Of a stretch of DNA of 32,000 bases, positions 1 to 8,847 are shown in pieces. Source of the DNA: Bacillota bacterium (GTDB lineage: Bacteria > Bacillota > Desulfotomaculia > Desulfotomaculales > Desulfocucumaceae). How positions within the stretch are numbered: the first letter of the stretch is position 1; the number at the start of each line of letters is the position of its first letter. Position numbers and translations under genes: made by a program. The DNA is taken from assembly GCA_049323615.1 (NCBI GenBank), contig JBMOPD010000007.1:39232-71231 (forward strand), read 5' to 3'. The notes under the pieces were generated by a model that worked only from the letters and a program-made list of their open reading frames with translations, had not been told where the DNA came from and ran no database searches.

Positions 1-519
1 AAAGCCGAGGGAAGTCAGGATGGCCCCGGGGAATGCCAACAGGTAACGGGAAGCAATTTCGGCAACACCAAGCCATTCCGCTGGCGGAGTTGAGTCGGTC
101 GGGTACCTAAAGATAAAAATCCAGATCCACAAACCAAATAAAGAAGCAGGCAACCACCGCAACCATCGCGGCCAACCCCGGATGCTGACCAGGAGGGTAC
201 TGCCAAAAGTAAAAAGAAAAGCAAAAGAAACGGCAATCAGGATTGCATGACTGCCGTTTAATACAGCGCCCCTAAGAGTTTCCCATCCTCCCACTTCCAA
301 GCTGGGGGGAAAAAAAATATAAGCCCATTCAGCGATACCGTGGATTAGGCCAAAGCCAGCCAGAAACGGCAGGTGCCGGCCCAGGTGGAAGGTGCTGGGG
401 CGCCTGACATGAAAGGCAATACTAAAACCCATAAGAAAAAAGGCCAGGCCATAGATAAAAAAAACAAGAAACCAGTTATGACTTAAAAAACTCCGTACGG
501 CACCTTCCAATGTCTTCAC
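1..519 (-). CDS. N-terminal multi-TM region of a membrane sensor/histidine-kinase-like protein, running off the left edge
   Basis: Manual minus-strand translation from GTG at 519 is open to base 1: VKTLEGAVRSFLSHNWFLVFFIYGLAFFLMGFSIAFHVRRPSTFHLGRHLPFLAGFGLIHGIAEWAYIFFPPSLEVGGWETLRGAVLNGSHAILIAVSFAFLFTFGSTLLV... EIASRYLLAFPGAILTSLGF. Missing from the supplied track because it has no stop in the window. Confidence 0.6.
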   Translation of the reverse strand, partial: MKTLEGAVRSFLSHNWFLVFFIYGLAFFLMGFSIAFHVRRPSTFHLGRHLPFLAGFGLIHGIAEWAYIFFPPSLEVGGWETLRGAVLNGSHAILIAVSFAFLFTFGSTLLVSIRGWPRWLRWLPASLFGLWIWIFIFRYPTDSTPPAEWLGVAEIASRYLLAFPGAILTSLGF

Positions 520-754
520 CCCCAAGATTTGCTTCTCCCGCTTCGATACTTGACCTATGAATCTTCGGCAGACAAATACCCCAGAGGCTGAAGTTTAACA
601 ATAGTTTAGTCAAATCTGTATTTTCCGTCAATTACCGGAGGCCAAGTTCTGTTATCGGACTTTGGTTCCTATGTCTAAAGGGCGCTGGTTGTTCATCTCT
701 CCCCACTTGCCCGGGGGCTTCCGACGAGGGCGTATCCGAACCTGGTGTTGTAAA

Positions 755-2353
755 TCAAAGGGATGCATCTGGGGCCGGGCCGCCCCCTTTGCTACCCTGG
801 TTCATCAGGTGGGCGTACCTGGCCTTTTCTTTCTGCCTGGCCTCCTCCACCTTTTTCCTGGAAAGCGGGAGAATAAGCGGAATGGTTAAAAAAGCGATCA
901 GGGCGCTGACCAGCAGGGCGTCCGCGATGCCCATGACCATGGCCTGCTTCTGCACCACCATGTTCATGTACCCCAGCGCCGCGGCGTCACCGTTTCCGGG
1001 ACCGGTAAAGGTGTTGGCCAGGGAATTGAGCCGGTGGTAGGTCTCCACCGCCGCCGGGGAAGTCCAGTTTACCCCGTCGGCCAGCCAGGCCGCGTGATAG
1101 ACCTGCCTGTTCAGCATGACATAGGTCATGTAGGCAATCCCCAGGGAGGCCGAGATCTGCCTGACCAGGTTGTTAATGGCCGATGCCTGGCCCACCAGCA
1201 GCGGCGGAATGGTGTTCATGCCGGCGGTGGATATGGGCATCATGCCCAGGCCCAGGCCAACCGCCCTCAGCACCAGCAGGATCTGCAGGGAACGGTAGCT
1301 GGTCTCCAGGGTGATAAAACTCAGCATGTAGGTGAAGAAGCCGGCTATGGCTATTCCCACCAGGCCCAGGGGCAGGGCGCCGATCTTGTCAAACAGCCGG
1401 CCGCTGATGGGCATCATAAAGCCGGTGACCAGGGCCATGGGCATTATTAAAAGGCCGGTCTGCATGGGGGTAAGTCCCTGCAGGCTCTGGCAATACAGGG
1501 GCACCAGGAATATGGCGGCAAACATGGCGATAGTTAAAAAACTGGTGGCGGCGATGCTGGCGCTGAAGACCGGGTTTTTAAAAAGCTTGATATCCAGCAT
1601 GGGATAGGGGACTTGCAGTTCCCAGAGGCAGAAAAGGAGCAGAAAAAAACCGGCCAGGGTAAACAGGGTGACTATATACTGGGAAGTCCAGCCCTCCTTT
1701 TGTCCCTGACTTAAAGCCAGCAGGAGGGAAAAAAGCCCGGCGCTGGACAGTATGCTGCCCAGAACATCAAATTTCAGGCCTTTAATCAACGGAGTCTCGT
1801 CAATCATGGCATATGAAAGAATAACGGCAATGATTCCCACCGGTATGTTGATGGTGAAAATAAGGTGCCAGCTGTAATGGTCCACCAGGTAACCGCCCAG
1901 GGTGGGACCGACGGCAGGGGCCATGGTGGCGGCAATGCCCCACATGCCCATGGCCATCCCCATTTTCTGCCGGGGTACCATCCTGAAAATAATGGACATG
2001 CTCAGTGGAATGAGCATTCCCCCGCCCAGGGCCTGGACCACCCGGAAAGCCACCAGGGAGTCGTTGTTCCAGGCTATACCGCAGAGGGCCGATCCCAGTG
2101 TGAAGGCTATCAGGGCATATATGTATACCCTCTTGTAGCCGAACCTGTCTCCCAGGTAGCCCGTGACGGGCACCACGACCCCGGAGGTAAGCAGGTAGGC
2201 CGTCATCACCCACTGGATATCGTCCGGGGTTACCCCGAAAATGGACATCAGCCTGGGCAGGGCCACATTGACAATGCTTCCGTCCAGTATGGCCATAAAA
2301 GCCCCGAACACCAGCACAAACAGTCCTGCCCAGGGAAAGGGGCGGTCATTCAT
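755..2353 (-). CDS. DHA2-family MFS multidrug transporter (EmrB/QacA type)
   Basis: 532 aa, MNDRPFPWAGLFVLVFGAFMAILDGSIVNVALPRLM; LDxSIVNVALP and GYLGDRFGYKRVYI motifs, about 14 TM segments. Confidence 0.93.
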   Translation of the reverse strand: MNDRPFPWAGLFVLVFGAFMAILDGSIVNVALPRLMSIFGVTPDDIQWVMTAYLLTSGVVVPVTGYLGDRFGYKRVYIYALIAFTLGSALCGIAWNNDSLVAFRVVQALGGGMLIPLSMSIIFRMVPRQKMGMAMGMWGIAATMAPAVGPTLGGYLVDHYSWHLIFTINIPVGIIAVILSYAMIDETPLIKGLKFDVLGSILSSAGLFSLLLALSQGQKEGWTSQYIVTLFTLAGFFLLLFCLWELQVPYPMLDIKLFKNPVFSASIAATSFLTIAMFAAIFLVPLYCQSLQGLTPMQTGLLIMPMALVTGFMMPISGRLFDKIGALPLGLVGIAIAGFFTYMLSFITLETSYRSLQILLVLRAVGLGLGMMPISTAGMNTIPPLLVGQASAINNLVRQISASLGIAYMTYVMLNRQVYHAAWLADGVNWTSPAAVETYHRLNSLANTFTGPGNGDAAALGYMNMVVQKQAMVMGIADALLVSALIAFLTIPLILPLSRKKVEEARQKEKARYAHLMNQGSKGGGPAPDASL

Positions 2354-3021
2354 TAACCAACCACCTGCTTGATGTATATTTTTACAAAGGCGTTGGTGCC
2401 GTACAAAAACTGACGGCCTTTAAAATCTTTCACCACTATCTTGACCGGAATCCTCTGCACCACCTTGGTGAAGTTGCCGGATGTATTGGTGGCGGGAAGA
2501 AGTGAAAAGGTTGACAGGGACGCCTCGCCTATTTTCTCCACCCGGCCGGCAAATTTTTGGCCGGGTATGGCGTCCACCGTTACATCCACCTTTTGTCCGG
2601 GCCTGACTGAAGCAAGCTTTGTTTCTTCCACGTTGGCCGTTATATAAAGGCTGAAGGGGTCAATGATCATCAGCATGGTCTGGCCCGGCACGGCCATTTC
2701 CCCTGGATTGGCAATCTTTTTGATCACCACCCCGTCCGCCGGAGCCCTGGCCACCGCCAGGTCGGGGTTGGTTCCCGGCGGCAACAGGGTGTCGTCCAGC
2801 CTGACCAGCGCCTGGCCGGCCACAACCTTGTCTCCCTCTTCAACGTTGATACTGATTATCCTGCCTGACACCTGGGGGCTGACCCTGACAATGGCCCCGT
2901 CCACCCTGGCATCCTCGGTTTTTACATAATAGGCGTTGTTATACCAGTAATAAACGGTTATACCCAGCAGGGTGACCGCCATCAGCGCCAGGACTATATA
3001 TATTTTCTTCTTGTTATTCAC
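2353..3021 (-). CDS. HlyD/EmrA-family adaptor, short form without a long coiled-coil hairpin
   Basis: 222 aa; one N-terminal TM, then VKTEDARVDGAIVRVSPQVSGRIISINVEEGDKV; directly upstream of the MFS pump. Confidence 0.87.
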   Translation of the reverse strand: MNNKKKIYIVLALMAVTLLGITVYYWYNNAYYVKTEDARVDGAIVRVSPQVSGRIISINVEEGDKVVAGQALVRLDDTLLPPGTNPDLAVARAPADGVVIKKIANPGEMAVPGQTMLMIIDPFSLYITANVEETKLASVRPGQKVDVTVDAIPGQKFAGRVEKIGEASLSTFSLLPATNTSGNFTKVVQRIPVKIVVKDFKGRQFLYGTNAFVKIYIKQVVG

Positions 3022-4127
3022 GCAGCATCACCTTTTATTAATTTAACGGTCATTCCGTCCTCCAGCCTACCGCTGCTGTACACCACCAGGTCCTGCCCCT
3101 CGCTTATTCCGTCCCTGACCACGGCGAACTTGTCGCTTATTTTTTCAACCTGCACGGGCACTTTGGACACCTTGCCCTGGTTGTATATAAATACTGAATA
3201 ATTGCCATTTTCGTCCACCAGTGCGGTCCTGGAAATAACGAACCGCTTTACCGCTCCTCCATCGGTATACACCCGGGCGAACATTCCGGGCTTTACCGAC
3301 AGGTCGGCGCCCGCCAGCTGGAATTTTACCTGGTATCCCCTGGTGGCCGGGTCAACGGTATAAGATATGGTTTTAACCCCGGCCTCCAGCATCCTGTCCA
3401 CCGAATCCACATTCACGGCAACCTTCTGCCCCACTTTCAGGGAATTAACCTTTTTCTCATCCACGTAGGCCACCACCGCCACCCTGTCCAAATCGGCCAC
3501 AAAGAATACCGCCTTGGTGGGTGAACAGACCTCGCCGGGGTTGATATACCTGGCGGTGACCACCCCGTCTATGGGGGAGGTAATGACGCTGTTGGCGTAG
3601 TTGGCCTCCACCGACTGCAGGGCGGCCCTGGCCTGGGCAAGCTTGTGGGGAGCCGTTTCCTCGGCCTGGATCCTGGCCAGTTCGTAAGGCGCGGCATACT
3701 TGTTGTCAAAGTCGGCCTTTGAAAGGGCGCCGCTCTTGTACAGGGCCAACCCCCTCTCGTAGTTATCCCTGGCGGTGGCCAGGTCGATCCGGGCCTTTTT
3801 GACGCCGGCCTCGGCGTCTTTCACCGCCGCCATGTTTTGATCCCTGGCAGCCTCGATATCCGGCATGTCGATCCTCATCAGCACCTGTCCGGCCTTTACC
3901 CGGCTGCCCACTTCAACCGCGACCTCAGAGACCTTACCCCCTACCTTCGGCAAAACGGTTACCGAATCAAGAGCCTCAGTCTTCCCGGCAATATAATCGG
4001 TTCCGGCCGGAGTGCTGATCCTGACTTTTTCCGTGGCCACCTGTACGCCGGCCTCCCTGCCGACGCAGCCCTGAATAAAAAAAGATGCCAAAATCAGCAC
4101 CACCGGAATATACCGCCCCAGTTTCAT
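3018..4127 (-). CDS. Efflux periplasmic-adaptor-type lipoprotein (HlyD/AcrA family)
   Basis: 369 aa; lipobox-like FFIQGC; biotinyl-lipoyl-like and beta-barrel regions; RBS-like GGAGGGG upstream; overlaps the next gene by 4 nt. Confidence 0.9.
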   Translation of the reverse strand: MKLGRYIPVVLILASFFIQGCVGREAGVQVATEKVRISTPAGTDYIAGKTEALDSVTVLPKVGGKVSEVAVEVGSRVKAGQVLMRIDMPDIEAARDQNMAAVKDAEAGVKKARIDLATARDNYERGLALYKSGALSKADFDNKYAAPYELARIQAEETAPHKLAQARAALQSVEANYANSVITSPIDGVVTARYINPGEVCSPTKAVFFVADLDRVAVVAYVDEKKVNSLKVGQKVAVNVDSVDRMLEAGVKTISYTVDPATRGYQVKFQLAGADLSVKPGMFARVYTDGGAVKRFVISRTALVDENGNYSVFIYNQGKVSKVPVQVEKISDKFAVVRDGISEGQDLVVYSSGRLEDGMTVKLIKGDAA

Positions 4128-4161
4128 GCATATGTCCCCTCCTGCCCTTACAACATTGTTA

Positions 4162-4190
4162 AGTATATGATTAAAAAATTAGGCTGTCAA
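4162..4190 (-). promoter_or_regulatory. SigA-type promoter (TTGACA-N17-TATACT) of the adaptor-EmrA-EmrB-like unit
   Basis: Minus-strand TTGACA is complement 4185-4190, TATACT is complement 4162-4167, spacer exactly 17; conserved with 8776-8804. Confidence 0.75.
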
Positions 4191-4202
4191 TATGAAACCT
4201 CT

Positions 4203-7200
4203 CTATCCTATTCCGTCTACTGCTTTCCATGCCCGGTAGCGGTCCATGGCCCTGCGGCCCCAGTCGTCAAATATGGTATAAACCACCGGTACCACCACCA
4301 GGGTAAGGACGGTGGAGACCAGCAGCCCCCCGATAACCACCGTGGCCATGGGCGCCTGCATCTGGGTGCCCTCACCCATGCCCAGGGCCAGGGGAAGCAT
4401 GGCGAATATGGTGGTGGACGCAGTCATCAGTATGGGCCGCAGCCTTACCGGCCCGGCCTGGACAATGGCCTCGTCCCTGGGCAGTCCCCTGTTTTTCAGC
4501 TGCTTTATGTAGTCCACCAGCACGATGGCGTTGTTCACCACTATACCGCACATCATGATCAGCCCGATGAAGGCCGGGACGCTGAAGGGCCTGCCGGTCA
4601 GTACCAGGCTCAATACCACCCCGGTTATTGAAACCGGTATGGAGAACATGATCACGAAGGGGTAAAGAAGCGACTCAAACTGTCCGGCCATCACCATGTA
4701 AACCAGCAGTATGGCCAGTATCAGTGCCGGGCCCAGGTCTCCGAAGGACTCGGACATGTCCTGGCTCTGGCCGCCGATAATAAAGGTGTAACCGGGGGGA
4801 AGGGGGATGGCGTCCAGCTTTTGCTGAATGTCAGCAATAACGCTGCCCAGGTCGCGCCCCGTATAGTCCCCATATATATATGCCACCCTGGAGTTACCCG
4901 CTCTTTCCACGTTGCGAGGCCCCTCTCCCTCCACCATGTCCACCACTTCCGCGATGGGAATTTTTGCCCCGTTGGAGGCCGTGAAGCTCAGATTGGCCAG
5001 GGCGGCGGTATCCTTTCTTGACTCGGGGTCCAGTATCAGCCTGACGTCGGTCAGGGTCCCACCCTGGTCAATGCTGGTGACCACCTGCCCCTCGCCGGCG
5101 ACTTTGATGGCCGACGTCACCTGGGACGAAGAAATGCCGTAGTGGGCCAGCTTGTCCCGGTTAATCAGCATCTGCAGCTCCGGGCTGCCGGAGGTCATGC
5201 TCTGGGCCACGTGGGTGGTCCCGGGAACCTCTTCAACTGCTTTCTTCATTTGCCCGGCAAGATTTTTCAGGGTATCCAGGTCGTTGCCCTGCAGTGTAAT
5301 CTCTATGGCCCGTCCTGATACGGCCCGGCTCAACATATTGCCAGAACCGGAAGAAATTCTCACGTTCACCCCGGGGAAGCCCATCACCTTGGGGCGCAGA
5401 TCGTTTATAACTTCATCCGTGGACCGCCGGCGGTCATCCTTCAGCCTGACATTGAGCTGGCCCCGGTCGCCCCCGCTGGCGCCCATGGGGCCTCCCCCCC
5501 CGCCAACGCTGGTCAGCACCGACTCCACCTCGGGGACCTTCTGCACCTGCTTGCGAATTGCCTCCACCACCTTGCCGGTTTCCGAAAGGGTGGTGGCCAC
5601 CGGCATCTCGACACTGATGTTAATCTGCCCGGCGTCCTGGGCGGGCATGAACTCCATACCGATAAAGCGCACCAGCAGAAGGCTTGCAAAGGTAACCAGG
5701 GCTGCCGTGATAACTACCTTGGCCCTCCGGCCCAGGGACCATTTAAGCAGGCTGCGGTATTTTTCGTCCAGGGTGTGGTACCACAGCTCGCTTTTCCTGA
5801 AAATTTTATTCCACCAGCTTTTCCCGTCGCCCAGACCTTCCATCTGCCCCAGTATGCGTGAACAGATGAGAGGGACCAGGGTCAGCGCCACAAAAAGCGC
5901 CGCCAGCTGGGAAAAGGCCACGGTCAGGGCAAACTGCCTGAAAAGCTGGCCGGCGAGCCCCTTGACAAACACCATGGGCAGGAACACCACCGCCACTGTA
6001 AGGGCCGAGGCCGTAACGGCCATGCCCACCTCGGCCGCTCCCTTCCTGGCGGCCTCCTTCGGTTCCAGGCCCTGGTAGCGGTGGCGGTATATGCTCTCCA
6101 GCACCACTATGGCATAGTCCACCATGTGCCCCACGCCCAGGGAAAGCCCGGCCATGGACATCATGTTCAGGGTCATGTTGTTGAAATACATAAGTGAAAA
6201 TGTGGTGATCACCGCAAAGGGGATGGTGGTGGCGATAACCACCGTGGTGCGCAGGTTTCTTAAGAAAAGCAGCAGCACCAGCACCGCCAGGCCGCCCCCC
6301 AGAATAATGCTGCGGGTAATATCGTTTATCGAGTCCTTTACAGTCTTGGACTGGTCAAAAACAGTGGCAAACTCTATTTCGCCGGGAAGTTCCTTTTTAA
6401 GCCTGTCCATTTCCTGCTTGACCCGCTCGGCCACGTCCACGGTGTTGGAACCGCTCTGCTTGTTTATGGACATGCTGATGGCCGGCCTGTCGTTCAGGAG
6501 GGCGTAGCTGTTCACGGTGGCAAAGGTGTCCTCCACGTCGGCCAGGTCTCCCAGGCGGACGCTGCCTCCGCCGGGCAGCTGCACCGGCAGGGCCTTCAGC
6601 TCGTCTACTGTATTGTAGCGCCCCAGGGCCCTGACCACGTAGTCCTTTTGGCCCTTGCGCAACACCCCTCCGGACACGTCAACGTTTTCTCCCTGCATCG
6701 ACTGGGTCAGCTGCGCCACCGTTAGCCCGTACTGCTGGAGCCTGCCCGGATCGATACGCACCTGTACCTCCCGGGACAGTCCCCCCGCCACACTCACGCC
6801 GGCCACCCCCGGCACCCTCTCCAGGGCAGGCTGTATATTGTCCTCCACCATCTTCTTTAACGCGTACTGATCGCTGAGGCCCGACACGGCTACGGCCAGT
6901 ATGGGCATCATGGAGGTGTCGAACTTGTAAACGGCGAGGTTTTCCACCTCGTCGGGCAGCCTGCGCTTGTACATCTCAAGCCTGGCCCTGACGTCGGCCT
7001 GGGCGGTGTCCATGTTTGTGCCCCAGGCAAACTGGACCCTCACCTGGCACGACCCCACCCTGCTGTTGGAGGTTATCTTTTCCACGTTGCTGACCGTACC
7101 CACCGCGGCCTCGATTACCCGGGCCACGTCCTTTTCAACCTCTTCGGGGCCGGCCCCGGGATAAGAGGCTGAAACGGTGAGGGTGGGGTTGGTTATCTCC

Positions 7201-7313
7201 GGGAGCAGGTCGATGGAAAGATAGCTTAAGGCCGTGAATCCCAGTACCAGCAAGCCGACAATGACCATCACCATGGTCACCGGCCGCTCCACCGAAAAAT
7301 CGGTTATTTTCAT
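4203..7313 (-). CDS. RND-family efflux transporter permease (AcrB/HAE1-like)
   Basis: 1036 aa, MKITDFSVERPVTMVMVIVGLLVLGFTALSYLSIDLLPEI; GxxxGHMVDYAIVVLESI and C-terminal GIVVNNAIVLVDYI motifs. Confidence 0.96.
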   Translation of the reverse strand: MKITDFSVERPVTMVMVIVGLLVLGFTALSYLSIDLLPEITNPTLTVSASYPGAGPEEVEKDVARVIEAAVGTVSNVEKITSNSRVGSCQVRVQFAWGTNMDTAQADVRARLEMYKRRLPDEVENLAVYKFDTSMMPILAVAVSGLSDQYALKKMVEDNIQPALERVPGVAGVSVAGGLSREVQVRIDPGRLQQYGLTVAQLTQSMQGENVDVSGGVLRKGQKDYVVRALGRYNTVDELKALPVQLPGGGSVRLGDLADVEDTFATVNSYALLNDRPAISMSINKQSGSNTVDVAERVKQEMDRLKKELPGEIEFATVFDQSKTVKDSINDITRSIILGGGLAVLVLLLFLRNLRTTVVIATTIPFAVITTFSLMYFNNMTLNMMSMAGLSLGVGHMVDYAIVVLESIYRHRYQGLEPKEAARKGAAEVGMAVTASALTVAVVFLPMVFVKGLAGQLFRQFALTVAFSQLAALFVALTLVPLICSRILGQMEGLGDGKSWWNKIFRKSELWYHTLDEKYRSLLKWSLGRRAKVVITAALVTFASLLLVRFIGMEFMPAQDAGQINISVEMPVATTLSETGKVVEAIRKQVQKVPEVESVLTSVGGGGGPMGASGGDRGQLNVRLKDDRRRSTDEVINDLRPKVMGFPGVNVRISSGSGNMLSRAVSGRAIEITLQGNDLDTLKNLAGQMKKAVEEVPGTTHVAQSMTSGSPELQMLINRDKLAHYGISSSQVTSAIKVAGEGQVVTSIDQGGTLTDVRLILDPESRKDTAALANLSFTASNGAKIPIAEVVDMVEGEGPRNVERAGNSRVAYIYGDYTGRDLGSVIADIQQKLDAIPLPPGYTFIIGGQSQDMSESFGDLGPALILAILLVYMVMAGQFESLLYPFVIMFSIPVSITGVVLSLVLTGRPFSVPAFIGLIMMCGIVVNNAIVLVDYIKQLKNRGLPRDEAIVQAGPVRLRPILMTASTTIFAMLPLALGMGEGTQMQAPMATVVIGGLLVSTVLTLVVVPVVYTIFDDWGRRAMDRYRAWKAVDGIG

Positions 7314-8578
7314 CTGCCGCTACCTCCCGTGACCCCTTCCCCCGCCGGGGCGCCCTTGCCGCTTTCCCCTGCAGGGGGCTTTCCGGAGGCGCCCCCCGGG
7401 GGCTTCCCGCCTTCAGTGCCCGCCCCCTGGGCTCCGGGTTTTGCCTCTTGGGCGATCCTGACGGGCATGCCGTTGACAAGGGACTGCTGGCCCAGGGTCA
7501 CCACCAGGTCCCCGGGCTTCAAACCTTCCCCCGACACCTCTGTCTTATTGCCCTCGGCCACGCCGGTCTCCACTTTGCATTCCTTGGCCTTTCCGTTTTC
7601 CACCACAAACAGGTACTTGCCGTCGGGCCGGTTGATTACCGCGTCAACGGGCACCACCATGACATTCTTGCTCTCCATGACAGGAATCCGGGCCCTGGCG
7701 AACATGCCCTGCTTTATAAGACCGTCGGGGTTGGCCAGCTCAATCTCCACCGGGTAGCCCCTGGCTATGCTGTCCACCGCGGGGCTTGAGGCGATTATTT
7801 TTCCGGTGAAGGGTTCCTTTCTCACGTCCGGTATTTCCACGTCCACCTGCTGCCCGGCGGACAGCCTGTTTATGTGCTGGTCCCCCACAAATACCTTCAC
7901 CTTAACGGTGCTTATATCCACCACCCCCACGGCCTGGGTGGCGGTGGTCACATTCTGCCCCACCTCAACGCCGACGAAGGAAACAACGCCGTCTACGGGG
8001 GACCTGACCGTTGAACCTTCCAGCAGGCTCTGCTGGTAGTTCAGGCTGGCCTCGCTTTTGGCCACGGCGGCCTCATACTCTCCCGACATGGCCTGCTCGT
8101 ATTTAAGTTCCATTTCGTCGTATTTATCCTTGGAAACGGCCCCGGCCTCGTACAGCTTTTTGTAGTTGTCCAGGGCGTTTCGGTAATATTCCCTGTTTTT
8201 GCGGGCCATCTCCAGCCTGGCCCTGGACATGGCCAGGTCCGCCTCCTGGGTCCTGACCTGGGCGGAGATCTCAGACGTATCCAGGGTAAACAGCACGTCT
8301 CCCTTTTTCACCCGGTCGCCCATGCGCACCGCCACCGAGGCCACCCGGCCGGCCACCTTGGGCGCCAGCACCGCGGACCTGGCGGGCTGCACCTGGCCGT
8401 TGAAAAATTTAATGTCCCTTACATCGGCCACTGCCAGCGGGGAGGTGGCCACCGCCACGGCATTCACACCGGTGCCCGGACCTCCTTTACCGGCATTTCC
8501 GGACTTGCTCCCGCAGCCGGCTGAAACCATCAGGATAATTAAAAAAATTACGAAAAAAACAGGCCTTAATCTCATCAT
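7310..8578 (-). CDS. RND efflux adaptor lipoprotein
   Basis: 422 aa; lipobox-like MVSAGC; HlyD-type lipoyl/hairpin/barrel; 4-nt overlap with the RND gene. Confidence 0.9.
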   Translation of the reverse strand: MMRLRPVFFVIFLIILMVSAGCGSKSGNAGKGGPGTGVNAVAVATSPLAVADVRDIKFFNGQVQPARSAVLAPKVAGRVASVAVRMGDRVKKGDVLFTLDTSEISAQVRTQEADLAMSRARLEMARKNREYYRNALDNYKKLYEAGAVSKDKYDEMELKYEQAMSGEYEAAVAKSEASLNYQQSLLEGSTVRSPVDGVVSFVGVEVGQNVTTATQAVGVVDISTVKVKVFVGDQHINRLSAGQQVDVEIPDVRKEPFTGKIIASSPAVDSIARGYPVEIELANPDGLIKQGMFARARIPVMESKNVMVVPVDAVINRPDGKYLFVVENGKAKECKVETGVAEGNKTEVSGEGLKPGDLVVTLGQQSLVNGMPVRIAQEAKPGAQGAGTEGGKPPGGASGKPPAGESGKGAPAGEGVTGGSGR

Positions 8579-8775
8579 TCATCCTCCATCCATGTGGTCC
8601 GGAGTTTTATTACTCTTACCGGGTAATAAGCATGTCCGGCAGGCGGACATAGAAAAAGGACACCGGTCAACAACCCCCGGCATCCCATTTTCAGGTCTTT
8701 ATCCATCCCACGATAACGGCGGCATTTAAAGACACTCCTGCTTATAGTTAATCATTTAAAAGGTTTACATTGTTG

Positions 8776-8804
8776 AGTATATGACTAATTGGAATGACTG
8801 TCAA
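8776..8804 (-). promoter_or_regulatory. SigA-type promoter (TTGACA-N17-TATACT) of the adaptor-RND unit
   Basis: Minus-strand TTGACA is complement 8799-8804, TATACT is complement 8776-8781; gap-free match to the promoter at 4162-4190. Confidence 0.75.
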
Positions 8805-8847
8805 TACTTAGTGAATAAAGAAAAGATCGGTCAATAAACCCGGCAGG

